Shown: positions 48,166-58,051 of the stretch, piece by piece | How the letters are laid out: every line of letters starts with the position of its first letter | Numbering within the stretch: the first letter of the stretch is position 1 | Origin: an uncultured Gemmatimonadales bacterium | GTDB taxonomy: Bacteria; Gemmatimonadota; Gemmatimonadetes; Gemmatimonadales; Gemmatimonadaceae | Length of the DNA stretch: 64,000 bases | Assembly (NCBI GenBank): GCA_963793305.1 | Contig: CAWBZV010000005.1 | Span: forward strand, 896,001-960,000 | Direction: 5' to 3' | Program-made: the position numbers and the translations under genes | Notes under the pieces: model-generated | Database searches by the model: none | What the model was told of the DNA's origin: nothing | What the model saw: only the letters and a program-made list of their open reading frames with translations

Positions 48166-48988
48166 GCGCTTTGACGGCCAGCGCGTCCGCGGGGCGACGC
48201 TCGATCGTGTACATGAGCGTGAACGGCAGACGGCGTTCTTCGACGACGTTGAACGCCTTGCGGAGCTCGCGCTCCATTTTCCGCTCGTTGAAGCCGAGGT
48301 GTCCGCCCGTCCATTGGGACTCGAGTCCGCTCGTGTCGCCGAGGATGCCCGCCTTGAGCGCATCGGCCACGGGAATGTGCTCGTGGGCGAGGCCGAGGGT
48401 GCTCTGCGTGACGTAGCGTGTCAGGAACCCAATGCCCGTCATTCTCGGAATCGAGATAATGATGCGGGCCGGCGGCGCGAGAAACGTGATCAGGTCCCGC
48501 AAGAACTGCACGCGATATGCATTGCAGTCCGTGCCCGCTGGGGCGTCGGGTCCAACGTGCTCGAGCGTCTCCAGCAGGAACATCACGCCGTACTCCCGAT
48601 CGCCGCGGGGGCCGAGCAGGCGCGCTCGCAGCACGGGGAGGGGCATCTGGTGGGAGTTGATGACGTCGACGGACTCGAGGTGGGATTCCTCGACGACTTG
48701 CTTCGCGATCGGAATGACGCGCGGGTCGTGGTCGACGGCCGCGACCCGTGTGAAATAGCGCGCGAGGGAGGGCAGGAGGACCCCATCGGCGCAGCCGAAG
48801 TCGATCGCCCCGGTCTTGTAGAACCACGGCCGGGCCAGGGACAGCGCGATGTCGAACCGCCGCCGCTTGAGGGCCGCGATCGGTCCAGGCCGCAGGTAGT
48901 TATAGTGTGCGTAAGTCCGGTAGGGGCCGATATAGCACTCTGATTCAGACTCCAGAATGCCCGGGGCCGGTCGGACGAAGTAGCGCAT
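48161..48988 (-). CDS. Class I SAM-dependent methyltransferase
   Basis: IDFGCADG, FLLETLEHV. Confidence 0.85.
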   Translation of the reverse strand: MRYFVRPAPGILESESECYIGPYRTYAHYNYLRPGPIAALKRRRFDIALSLARPWFYKTGAIDFGCADGVLLPSLARYFTRVAAVDHDPRVIPIAKQVVEESHLESVDVINSHQMPLPVLRARLLGPRGDREYGVMFLLETLEHVGPDAPAGTDCNAYRVQFLRDLITFLAPPARIIISIPRMTGIGFLTRYVTQSTLGLAHEHIPVADALKAGILGDTSGLESQWTGGHLGFNERKMERELRKAFNVVEERRLPFTLMYTIERRPADALAVKAL

Positions 48989-49056
48989 CTAGGTGAAAAA
49001 TTTGATCGGGCCGGGCTGAAACACAATACCATATACACCTTAACCACTACCGCATT

Positions 49057-49257
49057 ATGCCATACGCCTCGAACGGCCAGTTGCCCCCCGGAGTCCGCGA
49101 TCACCTCCCGGCCCACGCCCAGGACATCTATCGCGAAGCCTTCAACCACGCGTCCGTCGAGTACGCCGGCGAGGGTGAGTCGGCCGCTCACCGGGTCGCG
49201 TGGGCCGCGGTCGAAAAGAAGTACGAGAAACGCGACGGCAAGTGGGTTGCGAAATAG
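49057..49257 (+). CDS. chaB: ChaB-family protein
   Basis: LPAHAQDIYREAFNHA...AHRVAWAAVEKKYEK. Confidence 0.93.
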   Translation: MPYASNGQLPPGVRDHLPAHAQDIYREAFNHASVEYAGEGESAAHRVAWAAVEKKYEKRDGKWVAK

Positions 49258-49269
49258 CCCAGGTCGCTC

Positions 49270-49288
49270 TATAATATTGGTACCAATA
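49270..49288 (+). promoter_or_regulatory. TATAAT -10 box overlapped by the perfect palindrome TATTGGTACCAATA
   Basis: TATAAT at 49270-49275 and palindrome at 49275-49288, upstream of pal. Confidence 0.55.
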
Positions 49289-49306
49289 CTATCCGAGGCT
49301 CGGGTC

Positions 49307-49861
49307 ATGTCCGCGCGCGTCGCCACTCTCGTGCTCACCGCCGCCAGCTTGCTGGCCGCCTGCTCCCATCACACTCCACCCGCGACCACACCGGCGCCGC
49401 AGCAACAGGCGGCCGCCCCGACTCCGCCAGCCGCTCCAGCGCCGACCCCCGCTCCTACTCCGGTCGCGAAAGTCGACGACAGTGCCATCCGCTCGGCGCT
49501 CACGCAGATGACGTTCTTCGCGTTCGACCGGTCCGAGCTCTCTGACCAGGACCAGACGACCCTCGCGGCAAAGGTCCCGATTCTGGCCGCGAACCCCACC
49601 GTCGCAATCCGCGTCGCCGGCAACTGCGATGACCGCGGCTCCGACGAGTACAACCTCGCCCTCGGCCAGCGCCGTGCCGAATCCGCGAAGCGCTACCTGA
49701 CCGAGCACGGGATCGCCACGACCCGCGTCGCGACCATCAGTTACGGGAAGGAGCACCCGATCTCGGCAGGCGATAACGAGGCGTCATGGGCGCAAAATCG
49801 CAACGATCAATTCGAGATCACGTCCGGCGCCAGCGTCCTTCAGGGCCCGCAGACGAACTAG
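49307..49861 (+). CDS. pal: Peptidoglycan-associated lipoprotein (OmpA family)
   Basis: Lipobox LAAC; FAFDRS, GNCDDRGSDEYNLALGQRRA, SYGKEHP. Confidence 0.9.
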   Translation: MSARVATLVLTAASLLAACSHHTPPATTPAPQQQAAAPTPPAAPAPTPAPTPVAKVDDSAIRSALTQMTFFAFDRSELSDQDQTTLAAKVPILAANPTVAIRVAGNCDDRGSDEYNLALGQRRAESAKRYLTEHGIATTRVATISYGKEHPISAGDNEASWAQNRNDQFEITSGASVLQGPQTN

Positions 49862-49957
49862 TTGTATAGAACACGGCTAGAGTCGCCACCGTTGCGATTC
49901 TAGCCGTCGTTCGTTTCGCACTGGTCATGATTCGACCCACGCTTTAGCGTTGGGGCC

Positions 49958-52456
49958 ATGACAAAACGTGCCTGGTTGATCGTCGGTGCATTCAGCGCCG
50001 CCGCTTGCGCGCAAACGCCGAAGCCGTCAGTCGGCGTCACCCCCGCCGCCGCTCCCAAAGCCGATTCGGCTGAGCCGATTAAGGCCTACGACAAGGTCAT
50101 CACGTCGAAGGCCATCACACACGTTGGTCTCATCACGACGCACCAGCTCGACGACAAACTCTACTTCGAGCCGCCACGGACGGTTCTCGGAACCGACATG
50201 CTGCTCGTCACGAGTGTCGCCCGCGCCAGTACCGGGCAAACGAAGCAGTACGGCGGAGACTGGGTCCGTAACTACGTCGTGCGCTGGGATCGCATCGGCC
50301 ACCGCGTCGTCCTGCGGAGCGTCGGCTACGATGTCGTCGCCGATACGACGCTCCCCGTTGCCCGTGCGGTTCGCGGATCGAACTACCCGACAGTGATCGC
50401 CTCGTTTCCGATCGAGACGTTCGGCCCGGACTCGGCGCCCGTCTTCGAAGTGTCGAAGCTCTACACGACGGGCGTGACCGAGATGGCCGCCTTCAAGGAA
50501 CGGCTCGATGACAAGCGCTCGTTCGTCGAGCGCGTCCAAGCCTTTCCCGATAACGTAGAAATCGAAGGCACGCAAACTCAGGGTGGGGACGCGAAACACT
50601 CGACCGAAAGCGTCCTCGCGCACTGGAGCATGGTGCGGCTCCCCGCCGATCCGATGATTCCTCGTCGCGCCGACCCGCGCGTCGGATATTTCACGGTCCA
50701 ACAGACCGACTATGGCACAACCGAACAGCGTTCAGCGAAGCGCGAGTACATCGGCCGCTGGCGTTTGGTAAAGAAGGACCCCTCAGCCGCCGTATCGGAG
50801 CCGGTCAAGCCGATTGTCTACTACGTCGATGCGGGGACGCCAGCCCAATGGGTGCCGTGGATCAAGAAGGGCATTGAAGACTGGCAACCTGCTTTCGCCG
50901 CCGCGGGATTCTCTCACGCGATCATCGCCCGCGAAGCGCCAACGAACGACTCCACGTGGTCGCCGGACGATGTGCGCCACACCGTCATCCGCTGGCTCCC
51001 GTCGACTGTGGAAAACGCCTACGGTCCTCAACTGGTCGACCCGCGCACGGGCGAAGTGCTGAACGGCTCCGTGCGCATGTTCCACAACGTGATGAATCTG
51101 TTGAGAGACTGGTATACCGTGCAGGTAGCGCCACTCGACGCTCGTGCGCAACGCTGGCCGCTACCCGATAGCCTGATGGGTTATCTCCTGGAAGGTGTCG
51201 TGGCACACGAAGTGGGCCACACGCTCGGTCTCCGTCACAACATGCAGGCGTCGAGCGAGTATCCCGCCGACAGCGTCCGCAGCCGCACATGGGTCCACAA
51301 GATGGGCCACACGTCGAGCGTGATGGACTACGCGCGCTACGACTACGTGGCGCAACCGGAAGACTCGATCAACGTCAACGATCTGGTCTTCCGTATCGGC
51401 CCCTACGACACGTTCGCGATACACTGGGGCTACGCGCCGGTCGCGGTCAACGAGTCCTCCCAGCCGGGTTCCGGCGCGCGCGCGCCAGGCGCGCTCACCG
51501 GCACCGCGGCGTCCGACGCCGAGCGTCCCACGCTCGACCGGTGGGCGATGGTGCAGGACACGGTACCATGGTTGCGGTTCTCGGAAGACTATGGTATCGG
51601 CGGCCCCGATCCCGGTGTCGAGACCGAGGCGGTCGGCGATGCCGATGCCGTCAAGTCCACGGGTCTTGGGTTCAAGAACATCGCGCGCATCGCGCCCATG
51701 ATCTCGCGCATCGCCACTCACGCGGGTGAGTCGGATAGCGATGTCGTCGAGCTCTACGACCGCCTCGTCGGCCAGTGGTCGCTCGAAGCCGGCCACGTGG
51801 CGCACATCGTGGGTGGCGAGTGGACGCGGCACAAGTCCGGGAGCCAGCCGGGCCCGGAATACGAGCCGATCAGCGCCGCGCGCCAGCGAGCCGCCGTGGC
51901 GTTCCTCGCGGACCAGGTCTGGCGGACGCCGAGCTATTTCCTGGATCGGAGTCTCTTATACCGCGTGGAGCCCGAGGGAGCGCTCGAGCGCTTGCGGCGG
52001 GCGCAGGCGTATCCGCTGCACGCGCTCCTGGAGGTCGATCGCATCCGCCGCATGACGGAAATCGCCGCGATCGCGCCGTCGGGTGGCGAGGTCTATGATG
52101 GGGCGGCGATGATGGCCAATGTCCGGCGCGCGCTTTGGTCGGAGCTCGACGCGAAAGAGGTCCGGGTCGACGCGTTCCGGCGGAATCTCGAGCGCGAGCA
52201 TCTGGTCGCACTCGACTCGCTCCTCAATCCGGCGCTGCCGCCAAAGGAAGACAAGTCAAACGACGGATCCGCCGCCACCAACGTCCCCGCCGTGCGTCCA
52301 AACGAGACCGACTCCCGCGCCCTCGCCCGCGGGGAGCTCGTCGCCATCCGCGACGCCGCACGAGCGGCGTTGCCCCGAGCGGCCGATCGGATCACGCGGC
52401 TCCATCTTCAAGAAACGATCGCGGAGGTCGATCAGAGTCTCGGCGAGAAGCCCTAA
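49958..52456 (+). CDS. Zinc-dependent metalloprotease lipoprotein (DUF5117/DUF5118 type)
   Basis: DPRVGYF, KPIVYYVD, HEVGHTLGLRHN, SVMDY. Confidence 0.92.
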   Translation: MTKRAWLIVGAFSAAACAQTPKPSVGVTPAAAPKADSAEPIKAYDKVITSKAITHVGLITTHQLDDKLYFEPPRTVLGTDMLLVTSVARASTGQTKQYGGDWVRNYVVRWDRIGHRVVLRSVGYDVVADTTLPVARAVRGSNYPTVIASFPIETFGPDSAPVFEVSKLYTTGVTEMAAFKERLDDKRSFVERVQAFPDNVEIEGTQTQGGDAKHSTESVLAHWSMVRLPADPMIPRRADPRVGYFTVQQTDYGTTEQRSAKREYIGRWRLVKKDPSAAVSEPVKPIVYYVDAGTPAQWVPWIKKGIEDWQPAFAAAGFSHAIIAREAPTNDSTWSPDDVRHTVIRWLPSTVENAYGPQLVDPRTGEVLNGSVRMFHNVMNLLRDWYTVQVAPLDARAQRWPLPDSLMGYLLEGVVAHEVGHTLGLRHNMQASSEYPADSVRSRTWVHKMGHTSSVMDYARYDYVAQPEDSINVNDLVFRIGPYDTFAIHWGYAPVAVNESSQPGSGARAPGALTGTAASDAERPTLDRWAMVQDTVPWLRFSEDYGIGGPDPGVETEAVGDADAVKSTGLGFKNIARIAPMISRIATHAGESDSDVVELYDRLVGQWSLEAGHVAHIVGGEWTRHKSGSQPGPEYEPISAARQRAAVAFLADQVWRTPSYFLDRSLLYRVEPEGALERLRRAQAYPLHALLEVDRIRRMTEIAAIAPSGGEVYDGAAMMANVRRALWSELDAKEVRVDAFRRNLEREHLVALDSLLNPALPPKEDKSNDGSAATNVPAVRPNETDSRALARGELVAIRDAARAALPRAADRITRLHLQETIAEVDQSLGEKP

Positions 52457-52538
52457 GAACGTCTTGGTCAGCGCGAAGGCGTCGGCAACGGTCAACATGG
52501 TTCTGGCCAATGCCGGCGCGGGGCCCTAGCGTGTTCGC

Positions 52539-53366
52539 ATGATGAAGCGCTTGGGCGTAGCGCTGGTCGCGCTCAGCAGCAGCGTGGCCAGCGCACAGGG
52601 CCGGCCGTTCTCGTTCACGGTGCCGTTTCCGGACGAGACGCCCCAGGCCGTGGTCCGGTATGACGGGGGTTGGAGCAATGGCTCGTTCGAGCCGCTCTCT
52701 GGCGACCATATCCAGCAGACCTCGGAGCTGGACTCGCCAATTGGCTCGCGCGTGCTCCTCATGATGTCGGGTGGTGAGGCGTTTTTAGGTCCCGCCGCCA
52801 GCCGCCAGCTGGAGCCGAAGAGTCCCACCAGACGCTCGATGGAGCAGGTCGAGACGCTCGTCGACGTGCTGCGATTCTCAGGCTGGCACTTGGCTGCGAG
52901 CGCGGGCGCGAGGCACGATTTCGACGGGAGTGTGATGGCCTTGAGCCGGTTGAGCCTCAGTCGGACAGCGGCGACGTGGTCGTTCGCCGCGAACGTGTAC
53001 GCCACCAAGCCTGTCCAGGGCGCTGTCCTGAGCCCCAAGGGAATTCCATGGGCCAACGTCACGGCCTCGGTCGGCGCCACCAGGAACGTGACACCGGGCG
53101 TGAGCCTCGGCATAGAGACAGTCGCGGGCAATGCCGAGAGTCTCTTGTCGCACGGGCTCACCGGATCGGCGGCGATATTGATCGCCCCGCTCGCCTCATT
53201 CGCGCTGCCGGGTCATCGCGCACGCCTGACCGTGAGTGGCGGGCCGATCGTACAGCCGTACAACGGCGGTGTATCGTCCTTTGAATCGATCGGCAAGTAC
53301 TCCACGCCGATGCATGTGCGGCAAACCGGTTACAACCTGCGCCTCGCGGTGAGCTTCGGGCTCTAG
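52539..53366 (+). CDS. Hypothetical exported, possibly beta-barrel, protein
   Basis: Signal peptide ASA|Q; amphipathic strands; ends [11 protein letters not shown]. Confidence 0.72.
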   Translation: MMKRLGVALVALSSSVASAQGRPFSFTVPFPDETPQAVVRYDGGWSNGSFEPLSGDHIQQTSELDSPIGSRVLLMMSGGEAFLGPAASRQLEPKSPTRRSMEQVETLVDVLRFSGWHLAASAGARHDFDGSVMALSRLSLSRTAATWSFAANVYATKPVQGAVLSPKGIPWANVTASVGATRNVTPGVSLGIETVAGNAESLLSHGLTGSAAILIAPLASFALPGHRARLTVSGGPIVQPYNGGVSSFESIGKYSTPMHVRQTGYNLRLAVSFGL

Positions 53367-53379
53367 TACAATTTCGGGC

Positions 53380-53841
53380 ATGACAGTGCCTAGCGCGGGC
53401 CAGCCCGCACCGGATTTCACGCTCGCCTCGACGAGCGGTCAGAACGTCACGCTCTCCTCGTTCCGCGGAAAGAACAACGTGCTGTTGGCGTTCTTTCCGC
53501 TGGCGTTTACGAGCACGTGTACCGCCGAGCTCTGCGAGTTTCGCGATAACTTCGATGCCTTTATCGGGAAGGGCGTAGAGATTCTCCCGATCAGCGTCGA
53601 CTCCGTGCCGACGCTGGCCGAGTTCAAGGCCAAGCATCAGTTCAAGACTGATCTCGTCAGCGACTTCAAACGCGAGGCCTCAAACGCCTACGGCGTGCTG
53701 TTGCCCGACAAGTTCTTCTCGAATCGCGCGTACTTCTTGATCGACAAGAGCGGCACCGTTCGGTGGGCTCACGTCGAGGCTACGCCTGGGCAGAAGCGCG
53801 AGACGAACGAGATCTTCGGCGAGATCGCGAAGCTGAAATAG
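53380..53841 (+). CDS. Peroxiredoxin (AhpE/BCP-like)
   Basis: [31 protein letters not shown]. Confidence 0.93.
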   Translation: MTVPSAGQPAPDFTLASTSGQNVTLSSFRGKNNVLLAFFPLAFTSTCTAELCEFRDNFDAFIGKGVEILPISVDSVPTLAEFKAKHQFKTDLVSDFKREASNAYGVLLPDKFFSNRAYFLIDKSGTVRWAHVEATPGQKRETNEIFGEIAKLK

Positions 53842-53850
53842 CACGCAGCA

Positions 53851-53976
53851 CGCTGTGCCACTGCTCGCTGTGCCACTGCTCGCTGTGCCACTGCTCGCTG
53901 CATCACTGCTCGCTGTGCCACTGCTCGCTGCACCACTGCTCGCTGCACCACTGCTCGCTGCACCACTGCTCGCTGC
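53851..53976. repeat. 15-bp tandem repeat, 8 full units
   Basis: Unit CGCTG(TGC/CAT/CAC)CACTGCT between the convergent prx and hsp20 genes. Confidence 0.95.
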
Positions 53977-54179
53977 GCGAGCGCCCGACGACGTATCGGC
54001 TCCGGCGATGTTCGGTACAGCAGATCGCCTGCGCCGATACGTCGTCGGGCGCCCTTTGGCTCAGCCCCGGAACAATTCGCCCATGTGCACGGTTGCGCGT
54101 CTTTCCGCCATGCTAACAATGAGCAGCACACGGTCGCGCGAAGCGCGCTGTGTGATTCGCGTCGTGTTATGCGCGCCGA

Positions 54180-54569
54180 TTACGCGGCGGTCTTGATCTC
54201 GATCTTACGTGGAGCGGGAACCGCAGCCTTCGGAACCCGAATGGTCAGCACGCCATTCGCGTACTGCGCGTCGATCTTGCTCTCGTCCAGCCCCTTAGGC
54301 ATACGGAACGACCGCGTGAACGAGCCAAACGTCCGCTCGACGAGGTGATACCGCGTCTCGGTATCGCCCTCTTTACGAGTCGACTTCTTCTCACCTTTCA
54401 CGGTGAGCACGCCATTCTCATACGTGATCTCGACCGCACTCGGATCGATACCGGGCAATTCGACCGTGATGCCCACGTGGCTCGCCGACTCATTGACGTC
54501 GACGACCGGCGCCCAGCCCCCGAGCAGCAGCTCGCGCTGGTTGGCCCACCGCGTCCGATAGATAGTCAT
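54180..54569 (-). CDS. Hsp20/alpha-crystallin small heat-shock protein
   Basis: PVVDVNE, ELPGI, ERTFGSFTRSF, AQYANGVLTIRVPK. Confidence 0.95.
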   Translation of the reverse strand: MTIYRTRWANQRELLLGGWAPVVDVNESASHVGITVELPGIDPSAVEITYENGVLTVKGEKKSTRKEGDTETRYHLVERTFGSFTRSFRMPKGLDESKIDAQYANGVLTIRVPKAAVPAPRKIEIKTAA

Positions 54570-54754
54570 ATGTATTCCCCAATGTTGAATTGTGATCAGT
54601 TATCGCATAACTGGGATGGCAACGTCCATTCCCACTTGAGCTTGCCATTTCGGCCTACAGCATCTGCCGACGCTGATGTGCTCTGCGTCACTTTTGCAGC
54701 CGTGACCTTTCGGCTACTTTTTCGGTCAGCTTGTCCGAGGGGGATACCGTTCTC

Positions 54755-55939
54755 ATGGTCGAGACGACCGCACCACAACCAATCGCGGAGGCCGCTCTGG
54801 CCGCCGTGAAAGCCGAGCTCGCTTCAGCGGACGTCCCAGCGGACGTCACGCGAAGAGTGCTCGATGTGGTGCATGCCGCCCTCGCCGAGGAACGGCACTT
54901 CCTGACCAAGATCGTGGATTCGTTGCCGTTGGGTCTCTACGCGGTGGACCGGGAGTACCGGGTGCAAGCGTGGAACCGTAAGCGGGAGTCCGGAATGCAG
55001 GGCATCGCCCGCGGCAACGCGCTGGGCCGTACGATCTTTGAGATCCTCCACAGGCAGCCCGCCGAGTCGCTGAAGCAAGAGATCGACCGAGTGTTCGCGA
55101 CCGGCGAGCTGGAGCAGTTCGAGACCGAGTCGCGAGCGAGCGGCGAGGCAAGGACGTACCGGATCTCGAAGATCCCGATGCACCTCCACGCGGGCGACGA
55201 TGTCACCCACGTGATCACGGTCGGCGAAGACATCACGGAGTGGAAAGAAGCGCTGCAGCGCGTGGCCCAGGCGGAAAAAATGGCTGCCATCGGGCAACTT
55301 GCCGCCGGCGTAATGCACGAGATCAACAATCCGCTCGCCACGATCTCGGCCTGCGCCGAGAGCCTTACGCTCGAGCTCGGCGACCTTGAGTACCTGAAGT
55401 TCATTGACGCCGAGGTCGAACGCTGCAAGCGCATCATCGATGGGCTGCTCGACTTCAGCCGCAAGCGCTCGTTCTCGAAAGAGCCGGTCGAGATCAACGC
55501 GACCGTCGAGCGCACGCTATTTCTCCTGTCGCACCATGCCCGCTTCAAGCGCATGGCGGTAACCAGAGTGCTCGGCCCCAAGGCGATCGTGAGCGCCAAC
55601 GCGGACCAGCTCATCCAGATCTTCATGGCGCTGCTGCTCAACGCCGCCAATGCCACCGAGCAAAAGGGACAGCAGGCGAACGTTACGGTGCGCACGAGCG
55701 TAGCGAGTGCGACCGTCAAAATAGAGATCATCGACAACGGCGTGGGCATCCCACGCTCCGAAGTCGGCAAGCTGTTCGAGCCGTTCTACACGACAAAACC
55801 CCCCGGGCGTGGAACCGGCCTGGGGCTCTCGATCTGCTACGGACTGGTCGCCGAGCACGGCGGCCGGCTCGAAGTCGAGAGCACTCCCGGATCAGGGAGC
55901 ACGTTCCGCATCGTCCTGCCCATGGAATCCGTCGTATGA
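54755..55939 (+). CDS. PAS sensor histidine kinase (NtrB-like)
   Basis: EKMAAIGQLAAGVMHEINNPL, FEPFYTTK, GTGLGL. Confidence 0.93.
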   Translation: MVETTAPQPIAEAALAAVKAELASADVPADVTRRVLDVVHAALAEERHFLTKIVDSLPLGLYAVDREYRVQAWNRKRESGMQGIARGNALGRTIFEILHRQPAESLKQEIDRVFATGELEQFETESRASGEARTYRISKIPMHLHAGDDVTHVITVGEDITEWKEALQRVAQAEKMAAIGQLAAGVMHEINNPLATISACAESLTLELGDLEYLKFIDAEVERCKRIIDGLLDFSRKRSFSKEPVEINATVERTLFLLSHHARFKRMAVTRVLGPKAIVSANADQLIQIFMALLLNAANATEQKGQQANVTVRTSVASATVKIEIIDNGVGIPRSEVGKLFEPFYTTKPPGRGTGLGLSICYGLVAEHGGRLEVESTPGSGSTFRIVLPMESVV

Positions 55940-57364
55940 AAGAGCCTTCGCACATCAAGATTCTGATCGCCGAAGATGAGGAGATGCTCGGCGGCGTGCT
56001 GCAGCAATTTCTGACCGGCAAAGGTCACCAGGTCACGGTGACGCATGACGGTCGATCGGCGCTCGAAGCGCTCAAACGCGAGGAGTTCGACGTCGCCCTC
56101 CTCGACATCGTGATGCCGGAGCTCGATGGCCTCGAGGTGCTCCGTCATCTCCAAGAGGAGCCGAATCCTCCCCAAGTGATCATTATCACGGGGAACGGCA
56201 CGATCGAAACGGCCATCACGGCGATCCGCCTGGGCGCCTACGACTATCTGTCGAAGCCCTACCGGATGGCGGAGATCGACGTGCTCGTGCGTCGCGCATG
56301 GGAAAAGCGCCGGCTGGCCACCGAAAACGCGCTGTTGCAACGCCACCTGGAACGCGCGAACGGCGTTCCGGAGATCGTCACGCGATACGCCCCGATGCAA
56401 GCGGTGCTGGCGCTCGTGGAACGGGTAGCAAAAAGCGACTCGCCAGTTCTAATCACGGGCGAATCCGGTACCGGCAAGGAACTCGTAGCCCGTGCACTCC
56501 ACCGTCTCTCCGAACGCTCATCGGGCCCGTTGGTCGACGTCGACTGCGCTTCGACGACGGACGCGCTGACGATGGAGAGCGAGTTATTCGGTCATGAGAA
56601 GGGCGCGCTCCCGGGCGTACTGAAGCGGAAAACAGGTCTCTTCGAGCTGGCATCTCGGCGGCACCCTGTTCCTCGACGAAATCGGTGATCTCGATCTCCG
56701 CGTACAGGGAAAGCTGTTGCGCGCGCTCGAGAGCGGGGGCTATACCCGTCTCGGCGGGTCGCAGAAGCTCGATGTCGACTTCCGCGTCGTCGCTGCCACC
56801 AAGCGAGACATTCGCGAAGATGTCATGGACCGCAAATTCCGGAGCGACCTGTTTTTCCGGATCAACACGATCAGCATCACGCTCCCGCCGCTGCGCGATC
56901 GAGTCGTCGATATCCCGATCCTGGCCCAGCACTATCTCAAGCATTTCGGCGGCCAAACCCCGCCGACGCTGAACGATGACGCCATCGCGGCCATGGAGAC
57001 GTACCCCTGGCCCGGCAACATCCGGGAGCTCAAGAATGTCATTGAGCGGGCGGTGCTGCTGGCCAATGGTGGCAACATCGCGCGGCGGGATCTCCCGTTG
57101 TCCAATGGCACGGCGTTGGCCGCGGCCGCGGCGACGAACTCGGCGCCGCACGCGACGAACGGCCCGCATGGCGCCCCGCCGTACGTCGGCGACGAGAATG
57201 GCAAGAGCCTCTCGCTGGCCGAGCTGGAACGCCGGCACATCGAGGCCGTATTGAATCGCGCGAACTGGCACCAGGGCCGCGCGGCGGCGCAACTCGGGAT
57301 CTCGTCCAAGACCTTGTACCGGAAGATTCGGGAATACGGTTTCGTCCGCCCGCGGAACGTGTAG
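55936..57364 (+). CDS. NtrC-type response regulator with non-canonical GAFTGA loop (+1 frameshift near 56656)
   Basis: Receiver, GESGTGKE, ELFGHEKGALPGV; after the shift GTLFLDEIG, WPGNIRELKN, Fis HTH. Confidence 0.92.
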
Positions 57365-57373
57365 CTTGCGGAC

Positions 57374-58045
57374 ATGAAGATCCTCGTGATCGAGGACGAT
57401 CCAACCGTAGGGCAGTTCGTGAAGCGGGGATTGGAGGAGCAACGCTGGGGCGTCGATCTCGTTGGCGATGGCGAGGAGGGCGAACGCCTGGCCAGCTCCG
57501 ACAGCTACGACCTGGTCATCCTGGACATGCGGTTGCCCGGCAAGCCCGGGCTGCAGGTCCTGCACTCGCTTCGCGCGCGCGGCATCGTGGTCCCGGTCTT
57601 GGTCCTCACCGCGCAAGACGCGGTCGACGCGAAAGTCCAGACGCTCCGCGCCGGCGCCGACGACTACGTCACGAAGCCGTTCGCATTCGAGGAGCTCCTC
57701 GCCCGGGTCGAAGCCGTCTCCCGCCGGCCCCGCGCGCTGACGACACCCGCGCTTCGGATCGATGACCTCGTGCTCGACCGCGATACCCACGAAGTGCGGC
57801 GCGGCGAGACGGCGATCGAGCTCACGCCGAAGGAATACGCGGTGCTGGAGTATCTCGTGCGCCACGCCGGAAAGGTGATGAGCCGCACGCTGATCACCGA
57901 ATACGCGTGGGGCTATCACTTCGACCCGGGCACGAACATCGTCGACGTCGTGATCAATCACCTGCGCAAGAAGATCGACGCCGGCCACGACCACAAGCTG
58001 ATTCACACCGTCCGAGGCGTCGGTTACGTCGTAAAGGTCGGATAA
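57374..58045 (+). CDS. OmpR-family response regulator
   Basis: MKILVIEDD, GADDYVTKPF, LTPKEY, TVRGVGY. Confidence 0.96.
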   Translation: MKILVIEDDPTVGQFVKRGLEEQRWGVDLVGDGEEGERLASSDSYDLVILDMRLPGKPGLQVLHSLRARGIVVPVLVLTAQDAVDAKVQTLRAGADDYVTKPFAFEELLARVEAVSRRPRALTTPALRIDDLVLDRDTHEVRRGETAIELTPKEYAVLEYLVRHAGKVMSRTLITEYAWGYHFDPGTNIVDVVINHLRKKIDAGHDHKLIHTVRGVGYVVKVG

Positions 58046-58051
58046 CGCACC

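Noticed and set aside
53851..53976. Possible CRISPR array or repeat protein (PLLAA / QRAVV ORFs)
   Set aside because: Units are contiguous with no spacers, no cas genes are nearby, and the ORFs lack credible starts.
54570..54754. CIRCE or HAIR heat-shock operator upstream of hsp20
   Set aside because: No TTAGCACTC-N9-GAGTGCTAA; only a half CTTGAG and a loose ATGGCAA/TTGCCAT repeat.
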